From Azolla caroliniana (lineage: Eukaryota; Plantae; Polypodiophyta), in NCBI GenBank assembly GCA_043228905.1, contig JBHGNT010000018.1, positions 15,624,001 through 15,688,000 on the forward strand: a stretch of 64,000 nt of DNA, given 5' to 3'. The notes under the pieces were generated by a model, which was not told the origin of the DNA, ran no database searches, and saw only the letters and a program-made list of their open reading frames with translations. The translations under genes and the position numbers were made by a program. Positions within the stretch are counted from its first letter, which is position 1. Each line of letters begins with the position of its first letter. Below, in pieces: positions 13,238-25,283 of this stretch.

Positions 13238-14914
13238 ATGCAAGATAAAAACATCTTTGATAGCGGGGGTCCTGTTGAGATTATTTTCAATAATGAAGAG
13301 ATGCTTCTACTTGAGAAAGAGATAGAGCGCCTTGAGTGAATAACGCTCATATGCTGCGTGATGGGATCTCAACCAAACAGAGGGTTGTTGCGAGATATGT
13401 TGCAAGCTAAATTTCATTCACAACTACGTGGTATAAAAGAAGTCCAACCTCTTGGTAAAGGCTTTTATCAAATCATACTAGAAGACAAGGATTCTGCAAC
13501 AAACCTCATAGCACTATCTCCCTGCCAGGTCCGAAATACATGGTTGTTCATGCGTAAATGGACACATGGTTTTAACCCAGAGAAAGCCACACAACAGGAT
13601 GATTCCATGAAAAAGGTAACAATGTTGTTTCCTGGACTATCCTTAGAATACAACATGTTACTTCCTACGATTGGCAACTCCTTTGGTATGATGCTGGATG
13701 AGGAACTAACGCTAGCAGACAGGCTAAAGAAGCACCTAGGCCCTCCCTCTATCCGCCTCTTGGTGCAAGACATCAATAAACTTCCCTCCAAGATCCTCAT
13801 TCCCGGGAAAAACGGAATGCGAATTGAACAACGCATAGAAGTGATTGGCGCACTGGGGCAATGTTTTGTATGCAAAAAACTTGGTCATTTAAAAAGGAAC
13901 TGCCCCACAAGACGTATTAAAGATCCTACAAAGGAGACTCTGGAAGGTCAGGACACCATAAGACATTAGAAGCCTCCCCCACCATGACCTGACAAGGCTG
14001 CGATGGAATGGCGAGTGGTGGAAAAAACCCATATCCTTCGAAAAACATCATCGGCACAAAATCCTCCATCGCCTATGAGCCTCAATCGATTTGATCTACT
14101 ACAAGAGCTCCCCCCCATAAACGAGCATTCCCCTAGTTCTTTCTTAAGCCCCAAGGAATGGCCTAAGGTGATACCAAGCACACAAGAGAAAGTTCTCATT
14201 AAAGCTTACAAAACAGGGAAGCGAAGATGAATAAGTCATGTAAAGACCTTAATAAGGAGCTTGAGTGGAACGGCACCCAATGCAGAAGCAACAAACCAAG
14301 GCAGAAGTGTGAATGTCACGCCTCAAATCATAGTCTTCCCGGACACAAATGAGTGTGCTTTCTCTAGCCAAGACCTTGAACCACACCTACAAAACGCCTT
14401 GAAATGGCTAGGTATAGGGCTCAAGATAGTGGAAAAAATAAGGGTACATGTATCATTAGTACACAATAATGGAGTTCCGACGACCTCAATCTCCTTTCCA
14501 CTCTTGCTTCCGACACAGGAAGATTGGTCGAAATCCAAGATTAAAGATACGTTATGTAGCCAAGCAACGTGTTTTGTAGCACAAATAAGAGATGATGAGC
14601 TCATGAACGAACTAAAGCAACATTGGCATAACACTGAATTCTGGTGCACCATGGATGAAGAGGAACCTCATCTTTGCCACATCCACCTGCGGACTATCAT
14701 AGACACCCAACTAACTCCAAGCTTTTTCTATTTCTATGAGAAGCATGAAGGGGCGATTGAAGCTCACAGGATAGCCCACAAACTCCACTCATGGATGTGG
14801 ACCACTATTCCATCCCTGGAAATGACTGGATGTCTAAATAGTGAGTGCTCCCCACTCACGACCTGCTGTACAAAGCACCAGGAACAACTGGCAATCTCCC
14901 ACCCCATTCCATGA
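13238..14914 (+). pseudogene. LINE ORF1 (DUF4283-like region + CCHC zinc knuckle + C-terminal extension), disrupted
   Basis: LGKGFYQI..WLFMRKWTHGFNP and CFVCKKLGHLKRNC. Stops/frameshifts near 13338, 13969 and 14230. Final TGA overlaps the ORF2 ATG (ATGA 14911-14914). Confidence 0.75.
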
Positions 14915-17900
14915 GTATGAAGATTATAACATGGAACGTGCAAGGACTCAAAAGTAGACTAGACCAGCAAAATAGATGGAAACTGAGAAGGGATCTTGAA
15001 GAATATTTACTAGGGAGTGGTGTTGACATCATCATGTTGCAGGAACACCACCTCGATAGCACACAATTAAAGGAAGTCAGAGACCTTCTACCAGGATCAT
15101 GGCGAACGATTTGGGAGCCAGCAATTGGGGAGGATGGAAATCATGGTGGTATTTGCACTTTGATCCAGGAACATCTAGCCCAAGGCCTAATACACCAAGA
15201 ATCACTTATACCTGGTAGGGCACATTTTTGCACGTTGGCCATCCAAGGGCAACGATGGAACTTCATGAATGTTTATGCTTCAAATAGCATAACAAAAAGG
15301 GCAACATTCTGGGACCGCATTTGCATACAAGTAGTGGGTGCGGAAGAGTGGTGCATTGGAGGGGATTTTAATATGATTGAATCCATTCACGATAGCTCCA
15401 ACAACAACCCCATAGTTCTACAAGGAAGGGAACGTAAACAATGGGAGAAGCTATGTGTCCACCTTAACCTGCGAGACATCTGGCATTCTACCAACTTCCA
15501 ACGAAAAGGGATTCTCTCCTATTCTCTTGATTAGATGGGCAGACTAGTGGACCCACCCTATCTCGCATTGACCACATTTATGTGGGGAAGGCTCTAGAAG
15601 CGAAGGGAGGGTGGTGTCGCATAATTCCAGGCACGACTTTCTCTGACCATTACCCAGTAGCTGGTCATTTTCAATTGCACCAAAAATGGGGTCCATTCCA
15701 GACTCGCATCCCACACACTATTTACACACGTATAGACATGAAGGACCAACTATCCAACCAATGGTCATTACCCATCAATGGCTCATCAGCATCAAACAAA
15801 CTTTTAGCTAAATTAACAAGAGCTTCTACTCTCCTACATGAGATTGTCAAGACCAGAAGCAAGAAGGCTCAGGAGAAGCGACAGAGGACCAAACGGGGAC
15901 TAATAGCCTTACAACGACTCCAACAGAGATACCCGTCCTGTATTTGGATTGCAGGACAAGTCGCCACGACCAAACATGAACTTAGCATGGCGGAAAAGGA
16001 AATATATGACATGGAGTTTCATGGAAGCATGAAGCGATGGATTCGAGTAGGGGACAAAACCACAAAGGAATTCTTCCGCTCCAAAGGCCCGAGGCATGCT
16101 AGAATTGTGATGCGCAGCCTCAACCAAGAGGATGGAACGACCACTGAGGATGGCGACGAAATGAGGAATATTGCCACAAGGTATTATAGCCGCCTACTTA
16201 CCGAAGACATTATAGCTATAGGGGAAGACATAAGAGAAGATATTATCCTCCATAGCATACCCGAGAAAGTCATGCCGGAAATGAATACATCGAGATATGG
16301 GAGGCCCTCACTGATTTAGATGCCGATAGCTACCCCGGAATCGATGGTCTCACCCCGCACTTTTTCACATGCCTTTGGGGCACTATTAAAAAAGACCCCC
16401 TCCAGGCATATGAGGAGATCGTCACCTCTGGAAGCATGCCAGAGGAATTTTGATAGGGGATGATACATCTCATTCCTTAAAGTGGTGGGAATGCCAACGA
16501 CATTAGCAAGTGGTGGCCCATAACTCTTCTCAATACTGTCTATAAGTTGCTCGCAAAAATCGTGGCACGCCATTTAACACCACTTCTCCCTCAACTCATT
16601 CATCCATCCCAAATAGGTTTCGTTAGAAATCGGAGCATCGAAGACAACCTCTTCTCATTCTGGGAAGCAATAGCCCTTGCCAAGCATACCAACAACAAGG
16701 TAGCGGTGGTGCTACTAGATTTTGAGAAAACATATGACAGGGTATGCTGGAACTTAGAAAGTGTGATGAGGAAACTCGGCTTTCAAGAGACATCGATCAA
16801 AGGCATTGCAGGACTTTATAGGAATGACAGCAGTTGCGTTTCGCTAGCAGGTGAAAGGGGCCCCTTTTTTCGAATATCCCGATTTGTACAGTAGGGATGC
16901 CCACTAGCGCCATCCTTATTTCTATTATACGCCGAAGCACTCTCTTGCTTTCTCAACTTGCGGCATCTCAACCTACATGGTCTTCCCGTACCTCATCCTC
17001 ACCAAAGCATCCTGGATATAGAATTTCCAGATGACACAACAATCTACTTGCAAGGGGACTTGGAAAACCTCCAAAAGCTAGAAAGTGGGCTAGCTATATT
17101 TTGCAAGTGATCCAATGCCATGATCAATTGGCACAAATCTTGCGCAATATGGCTCTCTCAGGAAACACATCCGGCGTGGCACCCACATCCCGCTTTCAAA
17201 TGGATCAATCAAGGAGCAAGCACCAAATATTTGGGTTTCCAAATTGGTTTCAACATACCGCCGGAGACTATGATTGCACCCGTTATCCATTCCATTCGAC
17301 AAAAGTTGATACATTGGAGCTCGAAAAAATTGTCGCTAGCAGGCCGCATCATAGTGGCAAATCAGGTAGTACTCGCAACAACATGGTACAGTCTATCATG
17401 CTGGACAATCTCCAAGGAAACTATACATCAGATTCAACGACTGGTTCGCAACTACATTTGGTCCGGTAAGGAAGACCATGTAGCTCGCGCCAAGGTGGCG
17501 CGACCTATACTCACAACGCCTAAGTCGAGAGGGGGATTGGGTCTTATTGATCCCCTTTCACAATTGAAAGCCTTACTTGCCAAATTTGTGGTGCGAGGAC
17601 TCCAACCAGGAAATGATTGTTGGAAAATGGTATTGAGGTTACGTTTCGATTACTTTAGGCCATGAAAAAGGGTTAATTGGGCCCCCCAAACAGGATGGAT
17701 TCTAAACATGGATCTCAAACCTAGTTTCTCCCGCCAATTGGAGGATAGATTTAGTGCATCCATGTGGAAGGCATGATGTGACATATGTCGAGGGCTCAAG
17801 TGTGATCAACTGAGATCCGAGCCTGCCTGGCTCAGTCAACGTATCCTATGGAACCCATCTTTCAATGATGAATCTAATCAACTACGGGGATCACGTAAGG

Positions 17901-19179
17901 GGTTGTCATGGGGATACATTGTAGAAGGTCCAGGAAAAAGTATAGAATGTTGGCGACGGTTTATGTCAATGCCACTACAAGATTAGGCGAACATACTCCA
18001 TGGAATCAGGGGTGGATGGACTATGAGATCGGAAATCATTAACGCTCTACTGATTAGGGAATCTGCTACTCAAAGGACGACAATGTAGAAATGGATAGGC
18101 CATGAGGAGGAGGGATCTCTGATCCCGAGAGGTAGGGGACCACCAGACAGACTCGAAGGCTCTGAATTGCGAGACACTGAGACACCAATACAAAATAACG
18201 CAATTCGAGTACTCGCGTATACTGGTGATAAATGGATTGTAGATCCTGATCCGATCAAAGTACAACCCGATTGGCATATATGTACTCATGAAAACACATG
18301 GCTACGTAAGGTAAGTTGGGACCCTTTGCAATGGACATGGCGTGATCCCTACGTGGAGCAAGGAAGCAAACCCATCCCTTTCTTCCAATTCACAACTAGA
18401 TTGGGTCGCCACATTCTAGCCGCTCAAACCGCTCGAAAACCGGCTGTTGCGAAGGTCTAGCACACATTTCAAGTTCCTTCCACAATAATGACCAAGTTTT
18501 GGCAGAAAATCTGGAAACAACAACACGCGAGGTGAATTACCACGTTCCAATGGCTATTAATACATAAGTCCCTACTGGTGGGAGCATGGCAACGTGGGAA
18601 CCTTAGCTCTACTAATTGTGTAGAGTGCCCACATGCGGTAGAATCAATACGACACGCTCTATGGGACTGCCCAACGTCCCATCGAATATGGCGGGGGGTT
18701 GGCCGCTTGTTGCAATTATGCTAGGTACAAGGCTCAATCAAGTGGGGAAATATATGTTGGCTATCATGCAGGTTGCAATTGGCAGATACGAGCATCAGGA
18801 GGAGGGGATGACTTTGGTGATAAAACCACAAGAGGTCCTTTTCTCCTCCGGCGGCAATGTCCACTCCACTCCTCTTAATGACAAATCTCAAGAGGTGTTG
18901 GAATTGGTCAACCCAATAACCCTTTGGATTCTATGGAAACAATGATGTAGGCGAGTCTTCTCCAACCAAACCGTGCATCCAATAAGGTTACTGCAAGAGA
19001 TATGGAGTGAAATTGTAGCCACTTTGAAGAGCCAATATGATGGCCTTAAGGGCGGCTCCTAGGGAGTTGAAAGACAACGATTAGCCTTCATCTAACAATG
19101 GTCATCCTCTCCCTTTCTTGAGTCAGTGGGCATCCACATAAGATGGAACTATCGCATCCCTTCAGGGATTTGTACATAA
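14911..19179 (+). pseudogene. LINE ORF2 (APE endonuclease, reverse transcriptase, zf-RVT), many frameshifts and stops
   Basis: KIITWNVQGL, IIMLQEH, WCIGGDFN, SDHYP, LLDFEKTYDRV, GCPLAP.LF, YLGFQIG, KLSLAGRIIVANQV, GGLGLID. Confidence 0.92.
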
Positions 19180-19339
19180 TCGTCTCATTTGTAAAATATT
19201 ATAACTAATGGAAGGAGTTTTATTTTTGGAAAAAATAAATAAATACACAATGCTACTTCTTGCTTGCAAATTAGTGGATTGTTTTCTCTACTTTGGAGTA
19301 CATAGATTTGTTTCCTCAACCATTGTCTCACACAAGACA

Positions 19340-19435
19340 GGCTTGGGGAAAAAATACTTTGAATTTTGTAGCTGTTATGACTTTTTTATACAAGTTACAA
19401 CTAATGGAAGGATATTTTGTTTTGAAAAAAAAAAC
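19340..19435 (+). mobile_element. Short LINE 3'-tail fragment
   Basis: ACTAATGGAAGGATATTTT..GAAAAAAAAAA matches the 3' end motif of the LINE at ~19204-19240 and of the minus-strand LINE at ~32432-32465. Confidence 0.5.
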
Positions 19436-19709
19436 AAGGCCACCTCTTTAGTTTGACAAGTAGGAAATTAATGTGTTGTGTTATTCGTCCCAATATTGGG
19501 GTCTAAACCTTATTAAGGTGCAATTCATATTGTGACTCATGATAGGGCCATCCCTCCAATTTGTTGGTGTGTGTCTCTTCAATTTCACTTCTCATAGCCA
19601 TGTTCATCCATTCGTTCTTTTTCATTGGTCATTTAATCCTTTAGTTTTTCTATTTTATTCTCTTTTTGTTTGTTCATTAGTGCGATTATTGTTAAATTTT
19701 ATCATACAA

Positions 19710-20090
19710 AACTTTCGTCTCTAGGACTTGTATTCGTCCCCAATAGTTTTAATCTTGTTAGGGACTTTTGTCCGTCCTTAGGCTTTTGTTTCTCTCGAGA
19801 TTGACTCATCCCTAGAGCTTCGTGTTTGTCTCCAAGAGCTTTGATAGTTGTTTTTTGATCATTTCTAGAACACTTATTCGTCTCTAAACTCTTGTTATCT
19901 CTAGAGTCTTTGGTCATTTCCAAAGTTTTGACTTGTCCTTACAAGTTTGATTCATCCCTAGAGCTTGTTATTTGTTTGTAGGAGCTTTGAAGGTCACTAG
20001 GACTTTCATTCATCCTTGAACTTTTTTATTGTTTTTAGGACTCTTATTTGTCTTTAGAGTCTATGTGCACCTAGAGTTTTGGTCCCTTGT
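19710..20090. repeat. Degenerate ~21-bp tandem repeat
   Basis: Recurrent TTCGTC(C/T)CTAG(G/A)(A/G)CTTTG-like units, highly diverged. Confidence 0.55.
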
Positions 20091-23000
20091 TTTTAAGGGT
20101 GACCATTTATTGGTTGACAATCCCTTTCCTACCTAAACTACTTTCTCTACCTAATATTGGGGTTTGGTAATCACCTAATTAGCTAAAAAATAAAAACCCT
20201 AAAGATGGTTGAACTTTGAAAACAAATTGTTGAGAATCAAGCTCAACCTAGTGCAACGTGTGAACACACCCTTTGAGAATCTATGATCACACAAAGGTCA
20301 AGAGTCACACCACTACGCTCTACACATTAACTATGATTCTATGACACATAACTAATGAGTTGCATATTTCCCATGACTATGAGTCTTCACATTCCCCAAG
20401 AGAGAGTAGATGTTGTAGTGCGTTAATAAAGAGAGAGGGTGACCTTATATAAAGCACCCTTCTCCTACTTCATAGAGTGTTAGTTGTGACTCCTTGTAAT
20501 GCTACATTTTTGTATCTCATATTCTCCTTGTGAATATACACCTTCTTTTTGAGTATTCTATTTTCCATTCTATCTAATCTATCTTGTGTTTTCTCTTCTT
20601 TTCTCTCTTTTCTCTTACACATACACATAGCACATATCTCTTCCGCTACACAAGAATCATATCCGATTCTTTACATGGTATCAGAGCGGTTTGATAGCTC
20701 GATCTAGCCCATCCACGTGTGTTGTGTGTTCTACGCCGACGTTCGAGAAGAACCGATTAATTGCTATCGTAGTGCGACTACATAGCTCGTGTTCGAGAGA
20801 GAAGGAAAAGAAGAAAGAAAGCTTCATCGACAATGAATACTCAAATGGGGAGCTGTCATGGACATGAAAACAATCATGTCATGATTCAAACTCTTGACCT
20901 ACTGTATTTAATCGATATGTTTTTAACCAATACATTCAATACATAATCATGTTACCTTACTAGATTATTGTAGATGATCTATTTGACATGTAGGATTTTA
21001 GAAGCTTCCAGAAAGCTCTAGAAGCTAGAACATTCTAGAAGCTTGTGCATGAAAATGAGTCTTTGCATGGGGCTACATTTAGAGCCCATAAACATGTATA
21101 AATATGTAAGGGTTTACCTTGGCCTTAGTCAAGGTGAACAACACCAATTAGGGAATCATAATTCAGTTCTTGTTCTCTTGACTACTTTCTCTCTCTCTTT
21201 CTTATTACCTTGTCTATGATCTCACTCTCACTCTCTTAGTATTGAGCCTCGTCTACTTGTCCGTGACAATTTGTTCAGCTTTCATCTCCAAAGCCTCATC
21301 ATGTCAGATTCTACCGAGAACATAAATCTACTATTGGCAGCCATGCATCAACTTCAACTTGAAAATGAGAATCATCGGGAACGTCTCCAGAAACTCCAAG
21401 CTAGGACTCCAATGGAATTGGAGAATGAAGAACCCAAGTGCCGTCCTACATCAAGGAATCTCCAATCTATAGAGCTTAACCCCTCGTCAATCCTCGCTCC
21501 AATTCCTCTTCACCCCACTTCAACTATAGAACCCAATGTTAGTTTACCCGACAAGTTCAATGGCATAAGGGCGTGATTCCGGGGTTTCATAAATCAAATC
21601 AAGCTTATTATCCATCTACAACCCCAAAGATATGCGAATGATTTTTGCCGAGTTGGCCTCGTTGGGACTCTCCTCTCAGGAGCTGCACAAAGCTGGTTCG
21701 CACCTTTGGTCAAAACATCATCGCCACTTCTTGACAAATTTTTTGCTTTCCTAGATTCTAAAGAGTTTGTGGCGACATTTGGGGATACAGATCAACCTCG
21801 AACAAGCCTTACCAAACTCTATTCATTACATCAAGGTAAGCGTCCAGTGTCTGCTTATGCATCCGAATTTAGACAATTGGCATGTGATGTTCAGTGGGAC
21901 GACCAAGCCCTTTGCAACCATTTTCGTTGGGGCCTTCGAAGTGATGTTAATAATCTACTACTAAACTTCCTGGAGCCGACTTCATTATCGCAAGACATCA
22001 AGCAAGCAATCAATTGTGACAACCGCCTTTTTGAACTTCGACAAGAGGAACGAGCGACTTCCAAATTGTCGCCCTTTCTTCACGTTAAACCTATGGTACA
22101 ACTCCAAGTGACTTCGAGATCTTCTTCAACGACATCGTTCAATGATCCTATGCCGATGGAAATTGATCGAGCTCAAGCCCCACTCACCACAACCGAAGGA
22201 CACCATCGACGAACCAATGGGCTATTTCTATACTGCAACACCTCTACCCATCTAATTCGTTTTTGCCCACTCAAAAGCAATCTGCGACAAGTCTATTAGG
22301 ACAATCCAACTATTGGGTCCCAACATTCAGAAAATGATGATGTCCAACTACAGTAGGAGCCATGCGGTTGGACAACGTACATACATGCTGCTCCCAAAGT
22401 TCTATTAACGACTTTTCCTTCGAGGTAACTCTATGTTTCCAGTCTATTTCAATTCAATCCTTAGCGCTACTCGATTCCGGGGCCACGACGTGTTGTATGG
22501 ACGAAACGTTCGTTAGTAAACACAACTTTCCTATTATCCGGTTGTCCAAGCCTATCCCAGTCGAAACTATCGATGGGCGAATGCTCTCCTCTGGCGCAGT
22601 CACCAATGCCACGGTCCCCCTCATTTTGCAGCTCGGGACCCATCAGGAGGCCTTATTATTTTACCTCATCACTTCACCACGGCATCCAATCATACTTGGG
22701 TTGTCTTGGTTGAAAGCGAATAACCCTGTTATAGATTGGCACAACCACTCACTTACTTTTCAATTGCAAACTCACATGGAGGTTGGAGCGGCTTCCAATG
22801 TCGTTGTGTCAGAATGTCCCGAATCATTTTCTGTTGAGCATTCCTCCATTCAACTCGGACCAATGCACTCGGATGTTCATCCCCCAGTCACAATGCACTC
22901 CATCTCAATGGGCAATGACTAAGAGTCGAGCACCCTAGCTTTGGTTCCTATGAAAGCTAATCTGGACTCGCTTCCATCCAAATATGGTGACTTTGCTGAT

Positions 23001-23647
23001 GTGTTTGAGAAGAAGAATGCAGATCACTTACCGGAGCATCGACCATATGATTGTCTGATCGATCTATAGGAGGGCACATCTCCACCCTTTGGGCCCATCT
23101 ATGGTCTCTTTGAACCAGAACTAGAGGCTCTTCGCACATATCTCGATGAAAATTTGGAGAAGGGCTTCATCCAACCATCTAAAGTCACCAGTTGGGCCCC
23201 CCATCTTGTTTGTGATGAAAAAGAATGGATCGCTGTGTCTATGTGTGGATTACCGTGGCCTCAATAAAATCATGGTACGTAATCGATACCCTTTACCCCT
23301 CATCCTAGAGCTCCTCGATCGCCTTCGTTGTGCACAGGTCTTCTCCAAGATTGACTTGCGGGGGAGCATACAACTTGGTTCGGATTAAACCTGTTGATGA
23401 ATGGAAGACGACATTTCGTACGCGATACAGACACTTCGAGTATAAGGTAATGCCTTTTGGACTCACGAATGCTCTAGTTGTTTTTCAACATATGATGAAC
23501 GACATATTTCGAGAATATCTCGATCACTTTGTCGTTATCTATCTTGATGACATTCTTGTCTTCTCGTCAAGCATTGAAGAGCACACTCACCACGTTCGAT
23601 TGATTCTCTCGAAACTCAAGTAGCATGACCTCTATGTGTCATGGCAA

Positions 23648-23700
23648 GACTCGAACCCATGACTTTATGCTACATGGGTCGAGCTCTTACCATTAGATTA
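23648..23700 (-). promoter_or_regulatory. tRNA-type Pol III A/B box cassette at the U3 terminus of LTR C (second copy 28181-28233)
   Basis: Minus strand A-box-like TAATCTAATGG (23700-23690) and B box GGTTCGAGTC (23657-23648), 43 nt start to start as in tRNAs. Activity is inferred only. Confidence 0.6.
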
Positions 23701-24125
23701 GGAATTGTATTTTGTAGAATATTATTTTCATTTATGCTTTATCATAGAAAATTGTTGTATATTCCAGATCTCTCTGGAACATTCTAGAAGCTTCAAGATT
23801 ATTCCTAAAAACACTATAAAAGGAGGCACAAGGCATTGTTTTGAACCAAATTGGTTCAACACCAGTCTTAAGCCTCTTAGCCGATTTGTACTTATCTTTC
23901 ATATAATATAAGAGCTGCTGTCATCATCCTATTTCTCTCTCTCTCCTCTTCTCACTTCCTCTCTCTCGGGAATCTTACGCAGTCCTGTCTTCTTAGTACT
24001 AATAGTACTACTCTTCTTAGTACTAATTCCATCTCTGCTTTAGTACTATTCCTGACAGTTTGAACCAATTTTCCCTCTAGCCTACTTGTCACTCTCCCTC
24101 ATCCTCCTACCCTTTTCCCTATACT

Positions 24126-25283
24126 ATGGCTACTGTTAGCGCCCAAGAATACCAATTCGTTTTCTCCGAGCTACAGTGCCTAAAAGAAAAGTTTGTTGCC
24201 CTGGAACAAGAAAACCAACGGCTGATAGGGGATCTGCAACAAATCGCTCTAGAAAAACAACAAACGCAACAACAACATGGGGAGTTAGCGTTACGGGTAC
24301 AACAACTCGAAGCAGCGTTGCAACAACAAGGATCCAGTCCCCAAGGATTTCATAAAGAGCCCAAGATTGGACTTCCTGTGAAATTTGATGGAACGCGTTC
24401 GCAATTCCGGGGATTCCTTAATCAGGTACGCTTAGTCATCCAGATGCATCCTTCCCGATATCCCACTGATGCATCTCGAGTCGGCCTAATAGGCACGCTA
24501 CTTAGCGGCTCAGCCTTGGCATGGTTTGCTCCGCTTCTAGAAAAACAATCACCCTTACTTAATAACTTTGAAGATTTTATTGGTGAGTTTAAAGCCTGCT
24601 TTGGAGACACCGACAGCATCAGGACGGCGATCAACAAGATCCGGCGATTGCGTCAAGGCGATCGTCCAGCCTCTGCCTACGCGGCGGATTTCCGCCTACT
24701 TGCTTCAGATATACCCTGGGATGATCAAGCACTAATGGAGCAGTTTCGCTATGGCTTGCGAAACGATGTCAAAGATCTACTTCTAACTTTCCCCGAAGAA
24801 CCAAAGTCTCTTACGGAGGCAATCAGTCGAGCAGTTCGATGTGACAACCGCCTTTTTGAACGGCGTTCAGAACGTCAATTACAGATACCACGCTCTAGGC
24901 CAGAGCCCACTTACGCCGCAGTCGCGGCTAAACCGTTTGCACGAGACACACCTCAAGCAAATACTTCGACACCGATGGAGATCGATACCATGCGTCGACG
25001 CGGCCCGTTATCGAAAGAAGAAAAGCAACGACGACGTGCCAATCGATTATGTCTTTATTGCGGTGGACCAGGACATATCGCCATCAATTGTCCCCATAGG
25101 CCAAGAAGACAGGTAAATCAAATCGTCGCCTGTACTAAACCCGAGTCAATTCTTCCCTTTGGAGTGTCTGATAGTATTAATAGTACTAATAGAGTGTCAG
25201 ATAGTATTCATAGTACTAATAGCCCAAGTATCTCAAATAAATTTGAAATCCTTAGTCAATTAGATGAAGAGTTAAACGATTGA
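24126..25283 (+). CDS. Intact Gag of element C (coiled coil, capsid, CCHC knuckle; PEG10/sushi-like)
   Basis: 385-aa ORF with [33 protein letters not shown] and [14 protein letters not shown]. Confidence 0.9.
   Translation: MATVSAQEYQFVFSELQCLKEKFVALEQENQRLIGDLQQIALEKQQTQQQHGELALRVQQLEAALQQQGSSPQGFHKEPKIGLPVKFDGTRSQFRGFLNQVRLVIQMHPSRYPTDASRVGLIGTLLSGSALAWFAPLLEKQSPLLNNFEDFIGEFKACFGDTDSIRTAINKIRRLRQGDRPASAYAADFRLLASDIPWDDQALMEQFRYGLRNDVKDLLLTFPEEPKSLTEAISRAVRCDNRLFERRSERQLQIPRSRPEPTYAAVAAKPFARDTPQANTSTPMEIDTMRRRGPLSKEEKQRRRANRLCLYCGGPGHIAINCPHRPRRQVNQIVACTKPESILPFGVSDSINSTNRVSDSIHSTNSPSISNKFEILSQLDEELND

Larger units (their letters stand above)
12470..19246 (+). mobile_element. Full-length, decayed L1-clade LINE
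   Basis: TSD ACAATGCTACT at 12453-12463 and 19247-19257. (GA)n start, GC-rich 5'UTR, ORF1, ORF2 (endonuclease, RT, zf-RVT) and an A-rich tail at ~19230-19245. Confidence 0.9.
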
